37,260 nucleotides of DNA from a virus, in IMG/VR virus record IMGVR_UViG_3300012949_000009, positions 1-37,260 of that record, one strand, 5' to 3'. The notes beneath the pieces were generated by a model that saw nothing but the letters and a program-made list of their open reading frames with translations, had not been told where the DNA came from and did not search any database. Positions 21,192-31,368 of this stretch are shown in pieces (within the stretch, counting starts at the first letter, position 1; each line of letters starts with the position of its first letter). The position numbers were made by a program, and so were the translations under genes.

Positions 21192-23996
21192 CTACACCTC
21201 ATACCTTATCGTTATTTTTCTTGTACCCGTATTAATTCGTTTTTCAACAACACCGTTTAATTCAAACTCTTCAGTTCTAAATTTTTTGCCATAAATTTCA
21301 TCTTGATTTATATCAAATACGGTTGTGTCTTTATATGTCGCTTTAATCTCGTCCTCATCAATGAACATTTTGTTATTATCTTTTGTGATTTCTAAACCTC
21401 TTGAACCAAAATAAGCATTTCTACCATATACTTCGTTTTGGTTTGGACTCCATGCAGTATAATCGCCATATTCAAGTTTTAAATCCCCAAAATCAATTGT
21501 TCCTTTTGGAAATAAACAAGGATTGCTTGTATATATACTCTCTGCATTCGCTAAAGCAACATCATTTGGTACATCAATCAATTCCCAACGAACAAATGTA
21601 TCTTCATCAAAGATTGGTCTTTTTATTTCATTAGTTGCTGGATTTCCCCAATAGGTATATTTATTTGGTATTGGTTCTGTTTCGCTTTGTTCAACATTCA
21701 CAGCTCGTGCACGTATTTCAAAATATGCATATTTAGTCGTATAATTATTCTTATTTAAACCAAAATCAATAAATGTATTTTGGGCATATCGTATATATAA
21801 AGTATCAGTTGTTATATCAACAAATCCTGTTTGTTCATCAATTTCTTCCCATTGTTGTGTCTCATGATTGTATTTATGCAAAAAACCAAATATATCGCCT
21901 TCAAATTGTAATTTTAACCAGTATTTATCTTTATCCTCAGGCTCTAAATGTGAAGCATTACCATAAATCAACGTACTTTGATTTTGATTTTTTATTTTAA
22001 TTTTTTCTAATGTCAGATTTCTAACATCATCAATAAAATAATCCTTTCCTTCATTAAAAATGATTTTATCATTCACTAAAACGGTTTTTGTGTTATCGTA
22101 TAATAGTGATAGATATGCCTCTATCCATCCATATTCCAAATTATTTTTGATTTTATAAGATAATGTCATGTATTCTTCATCCTGATTAATTGGAATAATT
22201 TTTGTAACTAATGGACAACCCAAACCACCTTGTTCACCTGTTCCATCTAAGAAAAACTGTACCTTTCTGCCACTTAAATAGTTGATTTGTGTTTCTTGAT
22301 TTTCTACAATTTGTAGGTATTGTTTAAGAGCTTCTTCATGATTATAAAAACTTGTTTTTGACAATTCAGTTTCATGCCATATACCATCAATATATTGATA
22401 AATAACACCTGCTTTATAATTTTCAAAATTCTGTGTACAACACCAAAAATCATAATCTACAACATTTTCTGTTGGAGGAATAGGAGCTTCGTATATTTCA
22501 AAATTTGGTAATGTACTCCAATCTTTAAAATCGTAAAACATTGTGTTGGAAAATAAATTGTTCCCTGATTTATCTAAAACACCAGTAGATATTTGATTAG
22601 CTTTAATAGTGCCAGCTTTTATTAATTCACCATTTAAAGTACCAAATGTTATCTTACTTGCGTTAATTTCGCCATCTGCTGTAATAGTTGTTTCATATAA
22701 ACCGTTATAACCATTCTTACTAAAACCTAAACCGTTTATATTCCATCTTGCTACTCTTTCAGCTGTTTCAATATCTCCTGTATCTAAAATCAAATATTCA
22801 TTTTCGGTTTTAGTAGCATATCCACCCATAGCATTTTTTATTTTTTCGCTAGCTTCAAGTTGTGCTTTATTTAAAATACTAGGTATGTTTACGATTTCTT
22901 CAATTTCCCTTTTTGCTGTTGTTTTTTGAATTTGTAATAAATTTGTCTTGACGTTCCCTAATTCAAAAGCAATATATTTTTTTTGTACACAATCCCAAAC
23001 AGTTTTAATAACTCGTGATGTTAAATTCATACCCATAAATTTGATATTGACTATATCGCCCAATTTAATACTTTCAAAATATTGATAATCTTTATATTCT
23101 TCAGTTTTTGACACATCTTGCCAATTAACTTTAATGTTGATGTTAGGCAAATCTGCACCGTTTGCATATAACTCATTAACTTTATCTCTGAGTATTTGTT
23201 GTGCTTCTTCTTCGGTTGTTTCTTCATCTACCTCTACGTCATCAAAATTTATATGTTGGTAATAAATTATCGGATAACTATTTATTAAAGGACTATCAAT
23301 ATATTTTTCTGGCAATAGTAATTCATTTGCTCCTTGTGGCATAATTCGTGTTGCTATATTAGAATAATCAACAGAATATTCAATTCCTAATAAATTCTTC
23401 CCATATTCTATGGTTACGCCTTTATTTTCACCACGTTGGTTCAATAATTTAATTATAAAATTATCTAATTCTAAATCACAATTCCAATTTTTTAGCATTG
23501 AATTATCAGCTGTTATAATAGCCTCAATTAAATTTTTTCTAATATAATAAGCAGTACTCATAATTTCAACATCACTATATGCTTCAAAAACACCATTAAA
23601 TTGAGTATTGCTGATTATATGATCTAAAGCTGTTGTAGCATTTTCATACATTATTCTTGTATCTTCTAAAAAACCATTTTTAGTAAGAAAAAATATATGT
23701 CTTGCATAGACATATATTTTATTTAAAGTCTTTTTAACACTTTCTATATAAAAAATCTGGTCTTTTCCATCATGGTTTACTTTAATATAATTTAATTCTT
23801 GCAAATGTTCTGCATTTAGACCATTTATAGAATACTCGAATTCTAATTTATAATTACCAGTAAAAATTCCTTTTGAATTTAATTCTTCTGTTATTTTTGG
23901 ATTAGATACGAAATCAGTTAGATAACCTAATCCATTATTATTAAAAGAAGATAAATTAAGAGGTGTATTTTTGTCATAAATTAGCATAAATAACAC
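21192..23996 (-). CDS. Tail-associated lysin-like (Tal) / prophage-tail endopeptidase-family baseplate protein.
   Basis: 934 aa, positioned directly after Dit. Confidence 0.6.
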   Translation of the reverse strand: MLFMLIYDKNTPLNLSSFNNNGLGYLTDFVSNPKITEELNSKGIFTGNYKLEFEYSINGLNAEHLQELNYIKVNHDGKDQIFYIESVKKTLNKIYVYARHIFFLTKNGFLEDTRIMYENATTALDHIISNTQFNGVFEAYSDVEIMSTAYYIRKNLIEAIITADNSMLKNWNCDLELDNFIIKLLNQRGENKGVTIEYGKNLLGIEYSVDYSNIATRIMPQGANELLLPEKYIDSPLINSYPIIYYQHINFDDVEVDEETTEEEAQQILRDKVNELYANGADLPNINIKVNWQDVSKTEEYKDYQYFESIKLGDIVNIKFMGMNLTSRVIKTVWDCVQKKYIAFELGNVKTNLLQIQKTTAKREIEEIVNIPSILNKAQLEASEKIKNAMGGYATKTENEYLILDTGDIETAERVARWNINGLGFSKNGYNGLYETTITADGEINASKITFGTLNGELIKAGTIKANQISTGVLDKSGNNLFSNTMFYDFKDWSTLPNFEIYEAPIPPTENVVDYDFWCCTQNFENYKAGVIYQYIDGIWHETELSKTSFYNHEEALKQYLQIVENQETQINYLSGRKVQFFLDGTGEQGGLGCPLVTKIIPINQDEEYMTLSYKIKNNLEYGWIEAYLSLLYDNTKTVLVNDKIIFNEGKDYFIDDVRNLTLEKIKIKNQNQSTLIYGNASHLEPEDKDKYWLKLQFEGDIFGFLHKYNHETQQWEEIDEQTGFVDITTDTLYIRYAQNTFIDFGLNKNNYTTKYAYFEIRARAVNVEQSETEPIPNKYTYWGNPATNEIKRPIFDEDTFVRWELIDVPNDVALANAESIYTSNPCLFPKGTIDFGDLKLEYGDYTAWSPNQNEVYGRNAYFGSRGLEITKDNNKMFIDEDEIKATYKDTTVFDINQDEIYGKKFRTEEFELNGVVEKRINTGTRKITIRYEV

Positions 23997-24676
23997 CTCC
24001 TATATTTTATTTTTAAACTATCATATTCTCCTATTACACTAATATTATTAATTCCAATATTTAATTTAATATTGTCATAATTAACATTTGTTTTTAAAGA
24101 AGCATTTGCATTATCTATCATAGCAATTTTTAAATCTGTATCAATTATTATTTTTTCGTTCTCTAAATCATTAATAATAATATTTTGATTATTGATGGTT
24201 ATAATAAAATTTCCTGTCCCTTCTAATTCAATAATTGGTTTTGTTTCAAAAGTTCCACCTACTGTAAAACTATGATTCCCATCAATTACATTTTCCTCAT
24301 AAATTGTGTAACTTTTAATGATTGGTTGAACCTCAAACACAACTGTAAAATTACGCCAATACTCAGCTATAATTGATAAGTCTATTTGGTTTTTTATTCT
24401 AACAAAATAAACTTTTTCTGGATTATTGCTCAATCTTAATGTTTTTGCATCTCTAAAGAACATTTCAATTTGTTCAATATTTTTATCTTCAGAATAGCAT
24501 TCTAAGGTCCATATATAACTTTCATAGCAATTATCCGTTTCAGTTAAATTACCATGTCTACCATCAATAACAATACTATTAGTTCTTTTTTTAGGAATAA
24601 CAATAGGTGGGAATGTGCCACATTTCACACCTACTGTTCTACTATCAACATCATTTATAAAAAAATAGTTTTCCAT
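23981..24676 (-). CDS. Distal tail protein (Dit)
   Basis: 231 aa immediately after the tape measure, with the pattern IPKKRTNSIVIDGRHG. Confidence 0.65.
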   Translation of the reverse strand: MENYFFINDVDSRTVGVKCGTFPPIVIPKKRTNSIVIDGRHGNLTETDNCYESYIWTLECYSEDKNIEQIEMFFRDAKTLRLSNNPEKVYFVRIKNQIDLSIIAEYWRNFTVVFEVQPIIKSYTIYEENVIDGNHSFTVGGTFETKPIIELEGTGNFIITINNQNIIINDLENEKIIIDTDLKIAMIDNANASLKTNVNYDNIKLNIGINNISVIGEYDSLKIKYRRCYLC

Positions 24677-26941
24677 TTATACCAACTCTTTCTGCCTTAA
24701 TAAAAATGCTAATTCTTCAGCGAATGCTTCAATATCTTGTTCTCTATTATTATTGAATTCTTCTATTGTAATATATAATGGTCTAACACTTCCTAATTCA
24801 ATACCGTTAGCTGTTGCACTTCCAATATTTATACTAGGCTCTATTTCATTCATGGCTGATTGTTGAAGATTTTGCATTGCTTTGTTAACAGCGCTTATGC
24901 TGTCTTCAATACCTTCCGCAACACCAAACCCAAGATTTAAACCTATTTCATCGTGAAATAACGTTGATGGTGATTTTATTCCAAAAAAACCTTTAATCCC
25001 TTTTAAAATATCTCCACCAAATCCTGATATTTTATCTAGAATCCATTTTTTTGCATCATTGATACCATTCCATAATCCTTCAACTAAATTTTTCCCAATA
25101 TCTTTTATTTTGGAAATTCCGTCTAATAATCCTTCTTTTATTTTATCTAATAATTCACCACCAAGTTTAATCATTTTAGAAAAATAATTTTTTATACCAT
25201 CTATAAGAGAATTAATTATTTGAGGAATTTTAGAAACTAATTGTGGTATAGCTTTTATTAATCCTTCTGCTAATTTAACAGATAAAATAAATCCCATCTC
25301 TATTATTTTAGGTAAATTATCAGTTATAGCAATAATTAATTTATCAATTATAACAGGTATTTTATCTATTATAATTGGTAATGCATTAATTAATCCTTCT
25401 GCTAATCCAATTATTAGTTGAATTCCTGCATCAATTATTAAATCAATATTATCAATTACAGTTTCATCAATTAATAATATCGCTTCAATAATTTGTGGTA
25501 TTAATTCTGGTAATGCTTCAGCGATTCCTGTTACTAAAGATACAATTATCGTTATACCCATTTCAATTAATTTAGGTAAATTTTGTATAAAAGTATTTAA
25601 TAATATATTAATTATTTGCATTACTGCACTCATAATCGTTGGCATGTTTTCATTTAAACCATTAATTAAATTAGTTAATAATTTTGAACCTGTATCTAAA
25701 AATCTTGGTAAATATTCAGTTATTTTAGTTAAAATTTGTGGCATCATTGAAATAATACTGTTTGTAACTTGTTCCACAATAGGTAAAACATTATCGGCTG
25801 CCGTCAATGCACTATCAACCACATTTTGAATTAAAAGACTTAAATCACTATTCCCATTAGCTAAACCTGTTATAAGATTTAACCACGCCGATTTCATGGA
25901 TGCAATCGAACCTGAGATTGTTGAACTAGCCTCTTTTGCTGTTGTTCCTGTTATGCCTAATTCTGTTTGAATAACATGTATTGCTTCATATACATCATTT
26001 AAATTTGATATATCATATTTAACACCAGAAATGGCTGTTGCATCTTTTAATAATCTTTCCATTTCTGATTTGGTACCACCATAACCTAATTTTAGATTAT
26101 CAAGCATGGTATAATTTTGTTTAGCAAATCCTTGATATGCATTTTGTATCATCTCAATAGATGTGCCCATCTTATTAGCATTATCTGCCATATCTGTTAT
26201 TGCCATATCAGCAATTTTAGCCGCCTTTTCTGTATCTCCGCCAACACTTTGTAACAAGGAAGCACTAAATGACGTTACTGTTTCCATATATTGATTTGCT
26301 GATAAACCAGCTGTTTTATAAGCATTATTTGCATATTCTAATATTGTTTTTGAACTATCACCAAAAAGTGTTTCAACACCACCAATTAATTGTTCATATT
26401 CAGCATAACTCTGAACGCTTTGTTTTCCTAAATCAATAACAGAAGAAACGGCTTGTTTAATACCATCAGCTATTTTTTTAACACCAATAATAATAGCTTC
26501 ACTCATTAAATTTGCTTTTAAAACATCGCCAAAAATTGATGTTTTTTTAGTAGCTTCTTCTGTTTCTTCACCAAAATCATCAATCGCTTTTGTTGTAGCT
26601 TGAATTTGATTTTCTACTTTTTGTTGTTCCGTTTTAGCTTCATATAATCTTTTTTGCCATTTTTGAACTTCATCGGAGTTGTCCCCATAAACTGATTTTG
26701 CTTTTTCAAGTGCCTTTGATGCTTCTTGAACTTTTTGCGATAATAATTCTTTTTCTCTTTTGAGGATATTAAGTTTATTTTTATAATCATCAATGCTAGC
26801 ATTATCGTTTTTTAACACAGTATTTGTTAAATTAAGTTCTTTATTCATAACAGATATTTGATTTGTTAAATTTCTAATAGCGGATAATGCTTCTCCTTCG
26901 GTTATCGAAAACTCTAAATCAATACCTTTTTTCTTTGCCAT
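24677..26941 (-). CDS. Tape measure protein
   Basis: 754 aa with a coiled-coil N-terminus and a repetitive Ile/Leu-rich hydrophobic centre. It follows the G/GT chaperones. Confidence 0.85.
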   Translation of the reverse strand: MAKKKGIDLEFSITEGEALSAIRNLTNQISVMNKELNLTNTVLKNDNASIDDYKNKLNILKREKELLSQKVQEASKALEKAKSVYGDNSDEVQKWQKRLYEAKTEQQKVENQIQATTKAIDDFGEETEEATKKTSIFGDVLKANLMSEAIIIGVKKIADGIKQAVSSVIDLGKQSVQSYAEYEQLIGGVETLFGDSSKTILEYANNAYKTAGLSANQYMETVTSFSASLLQSVGGDTEKAAKIADMAITDMADNANKMGTSIEMIQNAYQGFAKQNYTMLDNLKLGYGGTKSEMERLLKDATAISGVKYDISNLNDVYEAIHVIQTELGITGTTAKEASSTISGSIASMKSAWLNLITGLANGNSDLSLLIQNVVDSALTAADNVLPIVEQVTNSIISMMPQILTKITEYLPRFLDTGSKLLTNLINGLNENMPTIMSAVMQIINILLNTFIQNLPKLIEMGITIIVSLVTGIAEALPELIPQIIEAILLIDETVIDNIDLIIDAGIQLIIGLAEGLINALPIIIDKIPVIIDKLIIAITDNLPKIIEMGFILSVKLAEGLIKAIPQLVSKIPQIINSLIDGIKNYFSKMIKLGGELLDKIKEGLLDGISKIKDIGKNLVEGLWNGINDAKKWILDKISGFGGDILKGIKGFFGIKSPSTLFHDEIGLNLGFGVAEGIEDSISAVNKAMQNLQQSAMNEIEPSINIGSATANGIELGSVRPLYITIEEFNNNREQDIEAFAEELAFLLRQKELV

Positions 26942-26948
26942 ACTTCAC

Positions 26949-27478
26949 CTACCTTTCTTTTGGATTTTTTAAATAAGAATCCCAAGCTAATTTATTTATA
27001 TAAACTAATTCCAAAAATCTTATATCCAAATTCCAAAAATCTTCTGCTGGTATTCCTGCGTGCAACACATAAAGTGTGTAAATATCTGCTATTGTTGTTA
27101 TCTTTGAAATATAATCAATAGTTGCATATTTAACTTTCGATGTTTTTTTGGTCGCTTTAGATAAAGCATTGGCAAAAATTAGTTTTTTCTATCATTCGCC
27201 CCTACTAAATTAGAAAATAGAATTAAATCACGTTTAAAATCAAAATCAATTGAATCTAAAAACTCTTCATAACTTAAAATAGGTTCTTCATTTTTTCCGC
27301 CCAAATAACCTACGTAGATTATCTGCATAATTGTTTCATGGTCTGTTGTTTGTTTTCTTGTTACTACTTCAATTAAATCTTTTGCAATATCTTTATATTT
27401 TCTTTGAAATTCAAATAATTTTCCATATGTGATTTCTAAATTAACTTCTTTACCGTTTTTTAATTTCAATTTTTCCAT
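26949..27478 (-). CDS. Tail assembly chaperone GT-like fusion, made by a -1 frameshift at A_AAA_AAC (27182-27188).
   Basis: The -1 frame stays open from the heptamer for about 77 codons, to the TAG at 26949-26951 just before the tape measure ATG. Confidence 0.65.
27179..27478 (-). CDS. Tail assembly chaperone (G-like)
   Basis: 99 aa between the major tail and tape measure genes. It ends at a slippery site. Confidence 0.7.
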   Translation of the reverse strand: MEKLKLKNGKEVNLEITYGKLFEFQRKYKDIAKDLIEVVTRKQTTDHETIMQIIYVGYLGGKNEEPILSYEEFLDSIDFDFKRDLILFSNLVGANDRKN

Positions 27479-27513
27479 TACTTACCTCTCCTTTTTATAA
27501 TTTTAATAAAAAT

Positions 27514-27542
27514 AAAAAGCCGATTGTAAAAATCGGCTTTTA
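27514..27542 (-). terminator. Hairpin after the major tail protein gene.
   Basis: AGCCGAT (27518-27524) pairs with ATCGGCT (27532-27538), flanked by A-runs and T-runs. Confidence 0.55.
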
Positions 27543-27543
27543 T

Positions 27544-28122
27544 TTATATTGATGTTACTTTTACCAAATCTGGTGTAAATTCTGTCATCCATTTTGATTT
27601 TACAGTTTCATCTGTCAATTCACTTTCTAATGCTTCATAATAAGCATTATTATTCTTATCAAATAATGCGTTAAATTCTAATTCTACATAAGCCACCTCA
27701 GTAGCTCCATTATCTATATTCTTAACAAAACCGCTAATATTTTGAATTATCGGTAATGCAATATATTTAACTTCGCTACGATCCATATTATAAACCTTAG
27801 CTGTGAAACACATAGGTTTTGAAGTAGAATTAACATTAAATGCTTTAACGCCTGTCACAAGTCCTTCAGAAGTTAAACCAAATAATGCTTCAGCTACACT
27901 TCTATTAATATGACCTGCTATTGATACGTTTAAATAAGCAGTCTTTGTAACAGATTTTAATTGCTTAATTCCACAATTTTTAACAACTTGCTGAAGTTCT
28001 GGTTCAATGCTTAAAGTACCAACACAACCAAAACTTTTAGCAGTTCCAGTTGTTTCATAATTACTGTCTAATTCTTGAACTGAAGCTTCTTCAATATTAA
28101 AATCTTCAAATACTTCTATCAT
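27544..28122 (-). CDS. Major tail protein
   Basis: 192 aa. Assigned by its position between the neck proteins and the chaperone, and by the terminator that follows. Confidence 0.65.
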   Translation of the reverse strand: MIEVFEDFNIEEASVQELDSNYETTGTAKSFGCVGTLSIEPELQQVVKNCGIKQLKSVTKTAYLNVSIAGHINRSVAEALFGLTSEGLVTGVKAFNVNSTSKPMCFTAKVYNMDRSEVKYIALPIIQNISGFVKNIDNGATEVAYVELEFNALFDKNNNAYYEALESELTDETVKSKWMTEFTPDLVKVTSI

Positions 28123-28523
28123 AATTTTTCCTCCATTCCTTTAGATAATTTTTCTTCCAAATCATCAATAATTTGTGGGATAATATTATTTAAACCTCTA
28201 TTCATAAAATCATTAGGTTGGTTTTTTCTAGATGTTCCAGTCCCTAAAGCAGGAAACACTAGATATTGAAATTTCTTTGTAGAAACAATCATAAAACCAA
28301 GATTTCTATCAACGGATTTTAAACTATCTCCCATTTTTGCATGAATACCTTTTTTCTTTTTACTTAAAGGCATTTCTTTTTTTATTTCATTAATAGCTAT
28401 TTTGTTAGCTTTTGTATGAAGATAATTATTGATAATATCTTCTGATATTTTTGGCATTAATTTTATTTTTTCTTCTAATCTTTCAAAACCTTCAACACCT
28501 TTTAATTCAAAAGTTGCTTTCAT
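28119..28523 (-). CDS. HK97 gp10-like neck / tail-completion protein
   Basis: The pattern KATFELKGVEG...YLVFPALGTGTSRKNQPNDFMNRGL resembles the HK97 gp10 family. Confidence 0.5.
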   Translation of the reverse strand: MKATFELKGVEGFERLEEKIKLMPKISEDIINNYLHTKANKIAINEIKKEMPLSKKKKGIHAKMGDSLKSVDRNLGFMIVSTKKFQYLVFPALGTGTSRKNQPNDFMNRGLNNIIPQIIDDLEEKLSKGMEEKL

Positions 28524-28870
28524 TTTTTCTTTTTGATTGGTCTTGTAAATGTTAATGTGATGGTATCAATATAATCATCAGTATTAGCTTTTTTAAAGTG
28601 TTCATATTGACCATCACCATTTAATTTCAAACCAATACTTTCCATTTTTTCGATAATATCAATTTCGAAATAGTTAGGATTAGAAGTTTTTTCACTAACA
28701 AAAACGATTTCAATATCTTGATAATAATTACAGTTAACTTTTCTAATAGTACTTTCGCTATAACTAAAAAAATTCCACGTATCTAATGAAGATATGTGGC
28801 TATCATCAAAATTGTAGAAAACTGGATACCCAAATTCTTCTAGGGCTTGTACTATTTTTTCGTTTGTCAT
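28520..28870 (-). CDS. Neck / head-tail joining protein, uncharacterised.
   Basis: 116-aa ORF. Assigned by synteny only. Confidence 0.4.
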   Translation of the reverse strand: MTNEKIVQALEEFGYPVFYNFDDSHISSLDTWNFFSYSESTIRKVNCNYYQDIEIVFVSEKTSNPNYFEIDIIEKMESIGLKLNGDGQYEHFKKANTDDYIDTITLTFTRPIKKKK

Positions 28871-29193
28871 TTGCTCACCACCTGTAAATATAAATAAGTG
28901 TTGAAATCATCGCTATCAATTCGATAAATATCATATATTTTATTATCAATTTTTATCTTTTTATCAGTTCCTAAATTTCTTAAAGGAACTTTAACTTTTA
29001 AATCTAATGTTTTTCCTAATGAATTTGCTAAAACATAATCTTGTTCACGCATACTCATCTTTTCAAACATTAGCTTTTCTAAAATATTAAAGCTTTCGCC
29101 TATTTTTTTTCTTGCACTATCGTAAATTGTCGTAACTTCACCATATTCCAAAACACCATCTCTATATGCTGGATGCTGTATTTTTATTTGCAT
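28867..29193 (-). CDS. Head closure / head-tail adaptor protein
   Basis: 108 aa. Assigned by synteny after the connector gene. Confidence 0.5.
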   Translation of the reverse strand: MQIKIQHPAYRDGVLEYGEVTTIYDSARKKIGESFNILEKLMFEKMSMREQDYVLANSLGKTLDLKVKVPLRNLGTDKKIKIDNKIYDIYRIDSDDFNTYLYLQVVSK

Positions 29194-29440
29194 ATTCTAA
29201 TTGTAGTCTTATTAAACTACTTCTAAAATTTATTTCAAAATATTCCAGTGAATAGTTACGAACATATCTACAATAATCCTTTAATAATGCTCTAGCTGTT
29301 AAATCAGCATCGAAGTCAATAGAACTACCTACAATTCGCTGTAGGTAGTCCATGCCTTCATTTATGGAATTTTGAACATTACTATTAGTAATTTCATCAT
29401 CCCATGTTATAGCTAGATAGTTTTTTACTTCTTCTAGCAT
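29162..29440 (-). CDS. Head-tail connector (gp6-like) protein
   Basis: MLEEVKNYLAITWDDEITN... is typical of gp6-like connectors. It is the first gene after the capsid gene. Confidence 0.55.
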   Translation of the reverse strand: MLEEVKNYLAITWDDEITNSNVQNSINEGMDYLQRIVGSSIDFDADLTARALLKDYCRYVRNYSLEYFEINFRSSLIRLQLEYANKNTASSI

Positions 29441-29455
29441 TTTTTTATCACCTCA

Positions 29456-30562
29456 TTAAATTTCAATAATTTCGCCCAAACCTGTAATGTCTAAATATAT
29501 AAATGAACTATTATCTTTTGGTTTTCCTGTTCCATAAAGTTTTCCAAGATATACCCTTTCATCTTCTAAGAAACGATATTCATCAGATTTTTCAATTTTT
29601 TGTGTTGAACCTAAACCTAAGAAATATCTGTTTCCAAGTCCTAAAATAGCTTTACCAATTTCAACTTCGGCACTTTGAATAAATTCAATTGGGAATGGTA
29701 AACTAGGTACATATGCACCATATACATTTTGGTATAAAACGTTAGGCATAATTCTTGCATAATAGTCAACAGGATTAACGATCATTATTGCTGATGTTAC
29801 AGTTCTCTTTCCGTTATTTGTTAAATTAGCGATTAAATTACCGATTGTATCAGGTTTGAAATCATTGATAACTAGAGCTGTTTTTTCAGGGTAAACACCA
29901 TCAACTACTGCGCCACTCAAGTTTCTATTCATACCGATTGGCTCATCTTTACCTGTACCTTTTACAATTGCTTTTTCTAATCCTTGTGCTAGAGCTTCAG
30001 TTAAGAATCTACGAACGAAAGCTTCTAACCAAACTGGACCTAAATCAACATGCGCTTTGCAAACTGGTAAAAATGCACTTAATTTGTAAGTTGTAACAGT
30101 TTCTTTATTAAACGCACTTGATAATTCTTTTTCAACTTCATCACAAAGTTTTCCCCACCAAGCAGGTGCAACATCCCCAACTCTTACTAAAAATTCAGTC
30201 ATTCCTGTCACATTAACAAAATCAATTTTGCTAAGTAATGGATGATTATTTTCCAAATCTTCGAATACTTGGTCGATAACAGTTTTAGGCATTACTACAT
30301 CAACATCACTTAATGCTTGTTGTGTTTTTATTGCATATCCTAATTTTTCAAAATAATTTTTCTCTTCTTTAGTTAGAACTCTGAAACCTCTTTGTTTTAA
30401 AACTTTTTCATCAGTTTCATTTTCTAAACCTTCAAATTTTTGTGCTAAATCACTTGCAATGCTGTTAAAATATGCTTCTAATACTTCTGCTTGTTTTTCA
30501 GCATCTCCGTTTTTAATTGCTTCAATAGCTTTTTCTTTTAAATTTACATCTAAATTTTTCAT
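29456..30562 (-). CDS. Major capsid protein, HK97 fold
   Basis: 368 aa, directly after the prohead protease. Confidence 0.8.
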   Translation of the reverse strand: MKNLDVNLKEKAIEAIKNGDAEKQAEVLEAYFNSIASDLAQKFEGLENETDEKVLKQRGFRVLTKEEKNYFEKLGYAIKTQQALSDVDVVMPKTVIDQVFEDLENNHPLLSKIDFVNVTGMTEFLVRVGDVAPAWWGKLCDEVEKELSSAFNKETVTTYKLSAFLPVCKAHVDLGPVWLEAFVRRFLTEALAQGLEKAIVKGTGKDEPIGMNRNLSGAVVDGVYPEKTALVINDFKPDTIGNLIANLTNNGKRTVTSAIMIVNPVDYYARIMPNVLYQNVYGAYVPSLPFPIEFIQSAEVEIGKAILGLGNRYFLGLGSTQKIEKSDEYRFLEDERVYLGKLYGTGKPKDNSSFIYLDITGLGEIIEI

Positions 30563-31368
30563 TATTCATTCCTTCCTTTCCTTTCCATAAACTTAAAAAA
30601 ACCGTTTAAAACGGTTTCTTTTTTTTCTTCAGTCTTTTTGTCATTTTCTTCGATTATTTTCTCTCTTATTTCACTATTCGAAGTTAACTCTTTAGCAATT
30701 TCTTTTGCTATTTCAGAATAATCGATTTTTTGACTAGGCGCTTGATTTCCTTTTATTTTTTGGACTAAATCAAAAAGGACTGCTTTTTGCGATATTCCAT
30801 TCTCTTCATTTAACGGTAATATCTCATCTGCAAATCCCTTTTCAACACATTCCTCAGCTGTTAGCCAAGTTTCATTATCTAATAGTTCTATTAATTCTTC
30901 ACGTGTTATTTTTACTCTTGCCATATAACTTTCAATACTGGCATTCATAATAACGTCCAAATCATCAGCCGTTTTTCTTAAATCTTTGGAATTCCCCATT
31001 GCGATAGTCCAACAGTTGTGAATCATCATAAGAGCATTTTTTGGCATATAGATTTTATCTCCTGCCATTGCTATAACTGACGCAATAGAACAAGCACATC
31101 CATCTATATAAACATTAATTTTAGCTGAATGATTTTTCAGCATATTATAAATTGCTATTCCAGTAAAAACATCACCGCCATAAGAATTAATATGAACATC
31201 AATTTCGCTAACTTGTAAATCTTTTAATTGATTTCTAATTGTATTTGCATCAACATCGTTTTCCCAAAATGCATAGTCAACGATATCTCCATAAATATAC
31301 AACTCTGCTTTATTTTCCTGATTTACAAGTTGCATAAATTTGTTCTTAACCATTACCTTCATCACCAC
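30562..31368 (-). CDS. ClpP-like (S14) prohead protease
   Basis: INSYGGDVFTGIAIYNMLKNH...GCACSIASVIAMAG...MMIHN. Confidence 0.8.
   Translation of the reverse strand: MVMKVMVKNKFMQLVNQENKAELYIYGDIVDYAFWENDVDANTIRNQLKDLQVSEIDVHINSYGGDVFTGIAIYNMLKNHSAKINVYIDGCACSIASVIAMAGDKIYMPKNALMMIHNCWTIAMGNSKDLRKTADDLDVIMNASIESYMARVKITREELIELLDNETWLTAEECVEKGFADEILPLNEENGISQKAVLFDLVQKIKGNQAPSQKIDYSEIAKEIAKELTSNSEIREKIIEENDKKTEEKKETVLNGFFKFMERKGRNE

Noticed and set aside
24677-26941. Internal repetitive stretches in the tape measure gene (IIDK/LPK-type repeats).
   Set aside because: This is typical low-complexity periodicity of tape measure proteins, not a separate element.
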